A stretch of DNA of 64,000 nt from Octopus bimaculoides. Lineage: Eukaryota. Below, piece after piece: positions 50,256 to 61,555 of the stretch. The position numbers were made by a program, and so were the translations under genes. The notes under the pieces are model-generated. The model was given only the letters and a program-made list of their open reading frames with translations. It was not told the DNA's origin and ran no database searches. The stretch lies in the NCBI RefSeq assembly GCF_001194135.2, contig NC_068981.1, forward strand, positions 58,823,923 through 58,887,922, given 5' to 3'. Position 1 is the stretch's first letter; each line of letters starts with the position of its first letter.

Positions 50256-50475
50256 AAGGCGGTGAGCTGGTAGAATTGTTACCGCGCCGGGAAAAATACT
50301 TAGCAGCTTTTCGTCCGTCATTACGTTCTGAGTTCAAATTCCACTGAGGTCGACTTTGCTTTTCCTCCTTTCGTGATCGATAAAATAAGTACCAGCTGAG
50401 CGCTGGGGTCTATGTAATTGATTTAACCCCTCTCCGGAAATTACTGGGCTTGTACCAAAAATCGAAACTAATATA
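50256..50475 (+). mobile_element. aaggcggcgagc-family SINE
   Basis: Full head, core and tail. Confidence 0.9.
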
Positions 50476-51029
50476 TATTAATATGGTTGTCAATTTTAAT
50501 TTTGTATGTGAATTTGCATATTTTGTCGGCAACACCAAACACTCTGGCAAATTATCTTGATTTATAATTGACGATAATCGCGGTAGTACTTAACTTCTTT
50601 TAGCGGGTTTATTTGCATGTTAATCCGCTTGCTCACTAGCATAGAAGCATTAACTTTGATATTTTACTTTTTACCGTACCTGAATATTTTAATTTTGAAG
50701 ATAGTTACACGTATGTTAAAAAAAGTCAGTTAATGACATTGATTTTGTATAATCATTTCATAGATAATATATCCATATTGTGGAAGTTGTGGCAGACATA
50801 TTCTCTATATGATTCGAGATCTTCATAATTGAGTACGTTTTTACGTCTACTACGATTAAGAATTTACCGGCAATAATTGCAACCTTTCATCTCACGAACA
50901 TCATTTATTTAAAAACAAAACCAACTTAACAACTTAAAGCAGCGTTACCAAAATAAATTCTTTTGCAGAACCTTGAAACGCATTTCATGTCACAGGGACC
51001 CCCTTCATACAAATTATCATGCATATTTA

Positions 51030-51887
51030 TTAGTGAAGAAGATAGTAGGAAAATCCTTCAAAAGGTGATACAAATATGCAGTCTGGCACACCTATAGTTT
51101 AAAACATTATCTTTAAGATAGGCATGATTGCCAACGTGAAAATTGAAAATGGCAGCCAAAATTCATGCTGGCATCCAACATTAAAAACTAATAATTGCGA
51201 TGAACAGGAGATAAGTTATATTATAATAAACGTTATTTATTAGGCTATATTTTACACGAATAGCCTTATATTTACCTTTTGAAGGATTTTTTTACTATCT
51301 TCTTCACTGATTCAGGTTATACAGGTTTCATCATCAATCAAATACATGGACAAGCACAGAGGGAAGTACAAAGAAGGGCTGACTTGTTGCATGTGCAACG
51401 TCCTGCACATTCAGTTTTGCATTGGCACTTTTTAAGTGCTTAGCATTGTTCTGCTATGGTTCTTAGTTCAGTCCAGTGAATAGTAAATGTGTCATCGTCA
51501 TTATTATTTCAACCCCAGGTAATGGCAGTGCTGGCTTCGTCTGGAGGGCCTGGCCCCATATATGCCCCGCCTGATATGTAGCTCCGCATGACATGTATAA
51601 CCTGAAATAGTAAAGAGGATAATAGAAAAATCCTCCAAAAGGTAAATATAAGGCTATTTGTGTAAAGTATTGCATAATATATAACGTTTATTATAATAAA
51701 ACTTATTTCCTGTTCATTGCAATTATTAATTTTTAATGTTGGACGCCATCTTGGATTTTGGCCGCAATTTTCGATTTTCACGTTGAAAGTCATGCCTACC
51801 TTAAAGAGAATGTTTTACATTATAAGTGTGCCAGACTGCATATTTGTATCACCTTTTGAAGGATTTTTCTACTATCTTCTTCACTAA
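51030..51887. repeat. Foldback-like nested palindrome (two 294-bp inverted arms, 270-bp spacer)
   Basis: 51030-51323 is the reverse complement of 51594-51887. Each arm has its own ~36-bp inverted ends, and a third partial unit lies at 51890-52010. Confidence 0.9.
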
Positions 51888-53584
51888 AATGTTGATTGCC
51901 ATCTTGGATTTTGGCCACCTTTTCAATTTTCATGCCTATCTTAAAGACGATGTTTTAAATTAGAAGTGTGCCAAATTGCATGTCTGCATCACCTTTTGAA
52001 GGTTTCTTACAATGTTCGACGTTTGTCCTATTCACTATATTATTATTTCGCTTTCTTTTTTGATGCTAAATGTTTTAGAGATTAAACAAACCAGAAAATT
52101 GTTTTCAAAGACTTGACTGCGCTATAGTCATCTGACACCACAAAGAAAGGTTAAGAAGTTTTATCATAACCAATGCCTTGTATAGACCAAATTCCCTTTA
52201 CAATTCCTTATTAAGGAGTCATTCCCTCCGTAGGGTCACCTTCCTACTAACAGGTACAAAGATTTTGACTATGCTGTGCATCTATAATAAAATTACGAAT
52301 ACAGAATTAAATACAAAAATGACACTAAAATTCAGTTAATAAGCATAATTATGATTTGGTTACAGCGAAGGAGTTGTTACTGTGAGTTATAACGTATTCT
52401 AAAGCTTTTGACGCTATTTGAAACGACTTGATTATTGTCAGAAACCTTATTCGATCAGAACTCCCTTCTATTAAATATTATTAGCTAATGTAATTTGTAG
52501 AGATGCGTTTGGCGTGCTCGTAACATTTTCTGATGTAATCGTTACCTTGAATAAAACACGTTTCAATTAAAAAGTTAGTATTTGCATCTCCAGAATAGAA
52601 CCATAAATAGTTGAGTGAAATGTCACTAGGTAGTCTTCTTTCACAACTATCACAATTATTCTCCAACTATAAAAAAAAATCCGCACATTGTAAAATAAGA
52701 TTCAGAATCCAAGGAAACTGGTGGCGGTCTGCGTTGGCAAAAATTTATCCTTAAAAGTTCATAGATTAACTATAATACAGCAAGTTAATTTGATGTGAAG
52801 ATTTTGGATAATTCTTCTCTGGAAAGAAAAAAAAACTTATAAAGATTAAAACCGCAATAGTTAGGAAGTAAGTGAAAAATGAGGAGGGAGAGGAGGGGAG
52901 CTTAATGGACAATGTTAGTAGTAGGAAGTAATATGAATATATGGAAGAAGAACGGTATCGGAGGAGGTAAAGTAAAAGGGTAATCTGACAAAAGTTATGT
53001 GTGGAACCAGGTCGAATGAAAGCCAGGTTAAGTGAATTATTGAACATTAGGATTGTATGAGGCAAGTTGCAGGTGAGGAGGAAAGAACTGAAATGGTGAA
53101 AACACTTAAAAGACGCACGAATATATACATTCAAGTGGAAGCTTACATACATATACTTATGCGTACATAGTTGCATGTGAATCTGTGTGTGTGTGTGCGC
53201 GTAAGGGCGTGTGCGTGTGTTTACCGGAAGAGATGCTGGTTGATGAGCTAGAAAGACGGAGGAGGACGTTTCTCTTGCTGTCCACTCACGGCCTGCCTAG
53301 TCTATGGATTTTGTTTGACAGATATCTTTTAAATGTTCAAAACTCTACAGAAAAGACAAACGAGCTGTTGTGACGTTGATATGTTTTCTAATAGTATTAA
53401 GTATGAATAACGTTAAGTATTTGAACGCTAGAATCGAGACGAGGTTGCGTTGGAAAATTCGTGGTAAGTTTGAAGAAAATGACATTGTTTGTATATGTAA
53501 ACATTATATANNNNNNNNNNAGAGAGAGAGAGAGAGAGAGAGAGAGAACTTTGAAATTTTTTTCAGCTTTAATATATGATACGA

Positions 53585-53805
53585 GCAAGCCGTCGGGATA
53601 GCAGAACCGTTTGCTTCTGGGAAAAATGCCCGGCAGCACTTCGTCCTACAGAACGTTCGGAGTTCAAATGTCGCCAGGGTCGACTTTGCCTTTCACCCTC
53701 TCGGGATCGATAAAATAAATACCAGTTGAACATTTGGGTCGATGTAATCGGCTTAGCCCCTCCCCCGAAATTGCTGGCATTGTATCAAAATTTGAAACCA
53801 AAATA
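53585..53805 (+). mobile_element. aaggcggcgagc-family SINE
   Basis: ggagttcaaatgtcgccagggtcgactttgcctttcac...cccccgaaattgctggc. Confidence 0.85.
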
Positions 53806-54851
53806 TGATACAGGATATAACATCAAATGTAAATCTGATGTGTGAGAATTCGTGGTTCATTTGCTTGTGCAGTCTTTTGCGTCATAATATTTAGTGCTGA
53901 GGCATGATTTCAAAGGTTTAGGTATAAAAATCCAAGAAAAACGTTGTATTGCTTAATTGTTTTTGTTGTTTAGTCTCAGTCGGCTTTGATCGAACAAACC
54001 CAAGAAATAAAGATGGCATTTTCTCCCTGTGGCCTCATGTCATGGGAACTAAAGGAATCATGCAAATGCGTTTTCTAATTTGCTATGGTATGATTTGAGG
54101 GAAATTTGACTGCTGTGTTTTTCAGATCGAAACTCTGTAGTACTTACTTTTACGTAATTGTAGCTATAAGTTTTCCATTCGCAGCATTTGTAGAAAGGAG
54201 CAAGTGGTCTGTGGATGGTTAAAAGGCGATTCTTTTAATTAGAAATGCAATCATAGTTAAAAGTTTTCTCAAGTAATTAATATTAAAATTAATCGTTCAG
54301 TGAATGTTTTAAAGATATCACAATTAAAGAAAACAACTTAAAGAATATTAAAATATTTATTTATTTTATTCAATTTAATATTTTTATTGAGTTTCCAAAT
54401 AATTAAATATTACTCTCACAATTATTAATTAATGGCATTATAATAACTTCATCTTCATGTTTGCTTTAATATTTAGAAGTGACCAGAAGGGTAGTGGAGG
54501 GCAGTTGAAGTAGAAGAGCATCTAACAAAATGTATTGCAGTATTTAATTATGTCCATTTTACATTTCTGAGCTCAAATCTCACCGGTTTAACTATTTTGT
54601 TTTTAATATATGAGGATGATGCTGATGATACTGATGATGGAGGTAATGATGATGGAGATGATGATGGCGATGATGATGGAATTTTCCGTCGGAGACAACA
54701 TGTGAGTGTTCAGTAAAGGTAAAACAATTCTAGTTAACGAACTCGAAATGATAACAGAACAATATTCAAACAAACATAACCACAATACATCACACACCTA
54801 CAAAACAACCGCAAGATTAGGAAAAATAAATATAGATGTAGAATTGGTATA

Positions 54852-55645
54852 CATGGTGTTCGGGCTAAATTTGACAGTCTGCTTGAAAAGAAAAGAAAAC
54901 ACAATATCCCCATCCAAAAATAGAAGTATAGTTGTAGAAATTCCCCGACAACCACTTCTGACTCTTCCTGCTGCCACACATTTGGCCTTACAGCAGCAAC
55001 CCTCTCCATCCATAGTTTGACCACAGTCTCCAGCAGCTTCACATAGCATCTGAATTCAGCCTAAAGTCCTGTTCAACGATGTGCGGATAAAGCCCGGCGT
55101 GCGAACGCAGTCAAAAAGCCTACTGTATCCTTTCCTGTTGGTCACAGCTTCGTAGTTTCCGTTGCAGCTGTCCATGTCACGTTTTACAGCCTTTACATAC
55201 CATTGACATCGGCATTTTGATACCCGGCGAGGATCATCATGACACAGTTAACATTTTCCCAATGTTCAGACGGTTTTCAATCCTCCATGGCAGCTAACCA
55301 TTTCAAGGCGGCGAGCTGGCATAATCGTTACCGCGCCGGGAAAAAGGTTTAGTGGTATTTCTTCCGACTTCCAGAGTTCAAATGTTGCCGGGGTCGATTT
55401 TGCCTTTCATCCTTTCGGAGACGATAAAATAAGTACCTGTTGAACACTGGGGTCGATATAATTGACTTATCCCCTCCCCCGAAATTGCTGGCCTTGCATC
55501 AAAATTTAAAATATTATCAGCTAACTTTTCCTCAACTACAGCTTTAATTTTCATGTTCATAATGCCCTTGGCTCTTCAACAATATATCAAGCTGGTGTTG
55601 AGAAAAGGAGACATAAAAATAGTCAAATTTAGCCCGAACATCCTG
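54852..55645 (-). mobile_element. maT/rosa-like Tc1/mariner deletion derivative with both TIRs
   Basis: 24-bp TIRs (22/24 identical) at 54852-54875 and 55622-55645, flanked by TA. Encodes CVRTPGF joined to PHIVEQDFRLNSD.YVKLLETVVKLWMERVAAVRPNVWQQ. Confidence 0.85.
55305..55515 (+). mobile_element. SINE nested inside the maT/rosa-like element
   Basis: Full aaggcggcgagc-family copy. Confidence 0.9.
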
Positions 55646-55702
55646 TAAATACACTAGAGTGATTCATTTTCTGTTATTTAAACTATAGTGATGTACAAAT
55701 TA

Positions 55703-55889
55703 TTCTTTTCTACACTAGGCACAAGGTCCGAAATTTTGGGGGAGGGGGCCAGTCGATTAGATCGACCCCAGTACGTAACTGGTACTTAATTTATCGACCC
55801 CGAAAGGATGAAAGGCAAAGTCGAAAGACAGACGAAATACCGCTAAGCATTTTATCCGGCGTGCTAACGATTCTGCCAGCTCGCCGCCT
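55703..55889 (-). mobile_element. aaggcggcgagc-family SINE with internal deletion
   Basis: 9-bp TSD TACAAATTA at 55694-55702 and 55890-55898. Confidence 0.9.
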
Positions 55890-56591
55890 TACAAATTAAT
55901 TTATTCTACTTGGTGACCTGATGCGAATCTTTATTTCGTACGTATTTACTGGCAGTCTAATTATTTTAAGTGACTATGTTGTCAAGAGCAGTCATAGACA
56001 TTCCCTCAGCCCCCCACACCTATATTTGGTCTTGCTGAACATTCAGGATGTGGCAGCTAGAAGGAGAGAGTACTAGTGCAGTTCTTATTGTCTGATGAGT
56101 TGATAGGATTAACGTGAAACAAAGTACCTAGCTGAAGGATTAAACTTGCTACTCAGTTGAGTAGCAAGTTATATATATATATAGCAAGTTATATATATAT
56201 ANNNNNNNNNNNNNNNNNNNNNNNNNNNNNNNNNNNNNNNNNNNNNNNNNNNNNNNNNNNNNNNNNNNNNNNNNNNNNNNNNNNNNNNNNNNNNNNNNNN
56301 NNNNNNNNNNNNNNNNNNNNNNNNNNNNNNNNNNNNNNNNNNNNNNNNNNNNNNNNNNNNNNNNNNNNNNNNNNNNNNNNNNNNNNNNNNNNNNNNNNNN
56401 NNNNNNNNNNNNNNNNNNNNNNNNNNNNNNNNNNNNNNNNNNNNNNNNNNNNNNNNNNNNNNNNNNNNNNNNNNNNNNNNNNNNNNNNNNNNNNNNNNNN
56501 NNNNNNNNNNNNNNNNNNNNNNNNNNNNNNNNNNNNNNNNNNNNNNNNNNNNNNNNNNNNNNNNNNNNNNNNNNNNNNNNNNNNNNNNNTA

Positions 56592-56650
56592 ATCATGTAC
56601 GACGTTTCGTGATTAAGAATATAAAATTCTTTTCCACTCATCAGCATGAT
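56592..56650 (-). ncRNA. Minimal type I hammerhead ribozyme
   Basis: Minus strand reads AUCAUG CUGAUGA GUG-(23 nt)-CAC GAAAC GUC GUA CAUGAU. Catalytic core intact, stem I 6 bp, stem II at least 3 bp plus an inner AAGAAU/AUUCUU helix, GUA cleavage triplet. Confidence 0.8.
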
Positions 56651-57135
56651 GTACAAAGATAAATCTGAAAATGCTAATATAACTCATGCGTATTTTGACC
56701 ATGCGACATCAAAATCACATAAGAAAAGCATCCACAAATTTATCGACTAGTGAGTTCCGCATCCCTCCTCAAGAATTATCCCATGTGCGCCACAAATAGT
56801 CACGCAGAAAAGACTACAGTTCAGCCATCCAATTCCCTGCCCTATATCTGTATTTATATTGATGGTCTTCTGTTAATTTTATACTGTGTAGTGACCATAG
56901 TTAGGAGCAGTAAGTCTACGTGGATTAGCACATATGTCCTCACATGTGGTAGAGGACAAACACAAATACAAAGACATATCCCTCCATACATTTATATATT
57001 TATGCACCCCCCCCCCCACACATCCATACACACACATATATGACGGACTTCTTTCAGTTTCCATCTAACAAATCCACTCACAAGTCCCTGAACGGCCCGC
57101 ATCTATAGTTGGTTTACATCCCATAAACTAGCGGT

Positions 57136-57217
<82 letters not shown>

Positions 57218-57740
57218 GTCTACATTTCTTTGTCACATCTACACACACTGACATAATCCTAAATATTGGACTGTTTATACACATTCATTCCTCTACAAGC
57301 ACATTCGTGTAATATACTGACATACATACAAGCTCTTTCTCTCTCTCACACACACATACACACACATACACATACACACACATGCACACATATACATTGT
57401 ATTTATAACGAGTGTGCATGTATACATTAATTCATGCATTTACATATGCATACAAGCAGTCACAAGCAATCATACATGCATATCGGTTGACATGAAATAG
57501 ACGTTTATGTCTATCTGATTATGTCCAACAAAGACATTTATATTTACGACTATATTTGTATCCCACTGTAAAATAACAGCAGCAGACTCATTATTAATAA
57601 ATAAGATTTATACGTTGTATATATATTAAACAGTTGCCCACCGATGTAATATAATACGAGACGAGCATGTTTGTACAATAGAAGATTTAACGCTGCAAAA
57701 ATATGTAACATGCACACGCGCAGACGCTTACAGAAATCTC

Positions 57741-57794
<54 letters not shown>

Positions 57795-57796
<2 letters not shown>

Positions 57797-58950
57797 CTAA
57801 GTTGAGGCAAAGGTTTTTTCGGTTTTTCACTGATGATTTTTGGCAACTTGTATCTCCATGTTATATCATTAATTTGATACAACTTTTCCAATCGTTTCTG
57901 AATTGTTAATTTTTTATTTTCATATATAGCATATAAACATTAATCGTTTAGTCATTATTTTACTGCTTTGATAATGAGTGGTAAAAAAAATTGCAATTTT
58001 ACGCTACCTGTAGAAAAAAAAAGGACTGAGTACAAGAGCAGCAGCAACACAAATTACTGACTTGACAAGACAAGAACTGTCAACGTACGTATGGTTCAAA
58101 ACAGGGCCGAAAAGAAACCAAGAAACCAAGGTCAGGGAGACCTGCTGTAGAAAATGAGGCCTTGTTTGAAATAGTTGAACGAATGCCAAGCACAATCACT
58201 CGTACATTGATGGCAAAACTTGATCCTTTACAAAACTACCATCAATCGGCATCACCATAAGCTCGACTTAGTGAACAGACGTTGTCGAGAAACTCCTCAT
58301 GAACTGACCAATGACATTGACTAATGACATGTGAACATTTGCAAACAACCGCTGGAAAATCCTCAAGATGCTCGTTTTTGGCGTCGAATTGTAACTGGGG
58401 ATGGAAAAATGAATCTATTTTCTTAATCTTAAGAGAAATCAGTGGTTTCATCCCGACTAGGCTTCAGAAACTGTTGCCAAACAAGGTCGGTTAGAACAGA
58501 AGGTTATATTTTGTGTTTAGTGGCATATCGAAGGCGTGTTGCACTTTGATCTTGTCTCAGATGGTCAAGCTATTAATGCTAACCTTTATGGTCAACAACT
58601 GCAGCGAGTACATGATGCTTTGAAAGCTCTCTATCTGGTAATGCGATTTGAAGGGCTGGAAGTGCTATCTTACCTTGCGTACAAGTTCAAGCGTTTTCCG
58701 GGCCATGTCTCATTTCCTGCATGGAAACGGAGGTTCAACAACGTGGATGAGATTGAAAACAGGTGCAAGGAGTATTTTTTCCTCTAAATCAGCCAGATGT
58801 TATAAGCGTGGGATTGAGTTTCTGACACCACAATGACAACAAATTATAAAATATGAAGGGGTATACTTTGATGAATTAACGCTCTTCGTATGTAATTTTT
58901 TCTAACTAATTAATCTTGAAATACGAAAAACTTTTGACCCAGTCTGGTAT
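57795..58950 (+). mobile_element. Second near-full-length, disabled mariner of the 45987 family
   Basis: Colinear with 45987-47165; IVTGDGK, VLHFDLV, INANLYGQQL; 3' TIR remnant cgaaaaacttttgaccc. Confidence 0.88.
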
Positions 58951-58959
58951 GTTTTCTAT

Positions 58960-59420
58960 ATTTCATTTTTATTTGTTTCAGTCATTAAACTTCGGTTATG
59001 CTGGGGCTCTGCTGGAGCTCTGCTGGGGCTCTGCTGGGGCTCTGCTGGGGCTCTGCTGGGGCTCTGCATGAAAGAATTTTTAGAGGAATGAATCGATCTC
59101 AGTACTTTTTTAAGGCCTGATACTTATACTATCAGTTCTTTTGCCGACCTGCTAAGTTAAGAGGACGTAAACTCACCGATTGTCAAGCGGTGGTGGGGAC
59201 GNNNNNNNNNNNNNNNNNNNNNNNNNNNNNNNNNNNNNNNNNNNNNNNNNNACACACGCATGCACACACACACGCACGCACACACACACGCATTACAGGT
59301 TTTTTTTCAGTTTCCTTCTACTAAATCCACTCACAAAGCTTTGGTTAGCGCGAGACTGAACACAGAACCATGTGGTTGGGAGGCATGTTTCTTACAACAC
59401 AGCTACGCTTGTGGCTATAA
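58960..59420 (-). mobile_element. CORE-type SINE with an internal 11-mer expansion and a gap at its microsatellite
   Basis: 3' tail ttttatttgtttcagtcatt, then (GCTGGGGCTCT)6, then head cagaaccatgtggttgggaggc. Confidence 0.8.
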
Positions 59421-59444
59421 TGTAAATAAATATATATTAATATA

Positions 59445-59660
59445 TTCTTTTATTCTTTTATTCTTTTATTTGTTTCAGTCATTTGACTGCAGCCATGCTG
59501 AAGTACCGCCTTAAAGGGCTTTAGTCAAAGAAATCGACCCCAGGACTTATTATTTGTAAGCCTAGTACTTATTCTATCGGTCGCTTTTGCCGAACCACTA
59601 AGTTACGGGGACATAAACATACCAGCATCGGTTGTCAAGTAATGGCGGGGGAGACAATCA
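59445..59660 (-). mobile_element. CORE-type SINE, 3' half
   Basis: tattcttttatttgtttcagtcatttgactgcagccatgctg...gcatcggttgtcaag. Confidence 0.85.
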
Positions 59661-60613
59661 CCACACACACATACCCACACACGAATTGCTGGCTTCAGTT
59701 TGTTGGCCAACAAAGCACTGTATCTTGTACCTCCGATGAATTTCAGCACTTGACACACCTTCCGACCAGAGAAATCGGATCACTGCTCTTTGTTCTTCTC
59801 TGGTGCACATTGCTATTAGAGTGGCCATGCTTACATTGTAAAGCCAGAAAAAAAAATGGTTCGATCAGGCTCAAACTTTGATTACGCGACCACAATAGTA
59901 CCAACAATAAGCACGCACACACAGAAGGCAGTGTGGCAATAAAAAAAGATATGTTATGGTGAAAGTCCGGCTAAGTTTTTACTTTTCCTCGCTATATTGC
60001 AGGATATAAAAATGTATTTGAAATTATTGAAATAACATTCTAAGAATATAATAAACACATTGAATGACTAGCGCATATAGTTGAAAGAAAACTAAGTATA
60101 ACAATTATCCGTTTCAGTACCAATGCTGCCATGATGTCTACGTTGAACAATCTTCGTATGCTCGAGTTTTTATTGTCAAGGAACTCTTCAAAAGTATTTT
60201 GTGCTTTTAGTAAATATACGTATTGAATAACGGACAATTAGATACGCTTGGAGATTGTTATAAATCAAATATACAACGACGAACCGTTAAATCGGCAATA
60301 TAAACTAGGGATATCCAAGTAGCAGAGTAAAATCTTGAGTGTCCGACTTCAATACACAAAACTTGCAAGACGTCAAGTTTATCTTTAAGATTAATCTTCG
60401 ATCTATCCTCCAGAAATAATTTCTTATACTGAACAATGCAGTAAGACAGTTATGAATCACATACTTATACACACAAACATTTGCATGTATAATAATTTAT
60501 ATATTACACACACATACGCATGCATGCTCTCCCATTCTTTCTCAGTCACTCACTCACTCACTCACTCACTCACTCACTCACTCATTTACTCTCTCTGTCT
60601 CTGTCTCTCTGTC

Positions 60614-60726
<113 letters not shown>

Positions 60727-61401
60727 AGTAAATACAGACACTTTACTTAACGCATACGGTAGCTAAATAAAATACACACATATTAACATAAGTATTTGGA
60801 TAACAGACTTGAATGCTCATACAAATGCATTCTTATATCCACATGCATACAAACACATTTAACTAACATAATGACAGTTACACTCTCCCACACATACGCA
60901 CCCGCACGTGTATGTGTGTATTCGTGTGCACAAACGAACAAAACATTCCACTTAACATCTACAATGTTAATTACAGCAAAATAACTCGTCTCTCGGAAAC
61001 TGTCGTGTTTTAAGCAGTCTACTCAAGCAACCATAATATTCCAATCCGTGTTTTTGTGATTTACATTCAATATCATTTCCTTTGCTGCTAACAAACATTC
61101 TTATCCATTCCAGAGTGTTTGCTTTGTTGCGCAGCTAGATCAATTTGGACCTTTTTCCCGCAAAATTCTATTTTATTTTATCGACCTTAATAAAAGTTCT
61201 TCGCTATAAAAAAGTTTGAATTCTTTAACTGGTATATTCCATTGCATCATTCCTATAATGTCCGTAAGACTTAATTTTTTTCTTCAGCTCATTGGTAAAC
61301 ACATCGATAAAGTTATTGGAGTGCCGGCTGAGGAGTGTGTGTCAGTGTTCTGAGTCTCTCTCGTCACAGTCGCGAATGGGCACAAGTTATAGTCGTGTAT
61401 G

Positions 61402-61408
61402 CAGAGAG

Positions 61409-61504
<96 letters not shown>

Positions 61505-61555
61505 AGAGACAGGGAGAGAGAGAGAGAGAGAGATAGAAAGAGAAAGAAAGAGAGA
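61402..61555. repeat. (GA)n tract
   Basis: Read directly from the sequence. Confidence 0.95.

Larger units (their letters stand above)
8278..59251. other. Nine assembly gaps (8278-8420, 28619-28828, 31825-32209, 35135-35760, 42689-42834, 45692-45701, 53511-53520, 56202-56589, 59202-59251)
   Basis: N runs, most of them adjacent to microsatellites. Confidence 0.98.
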
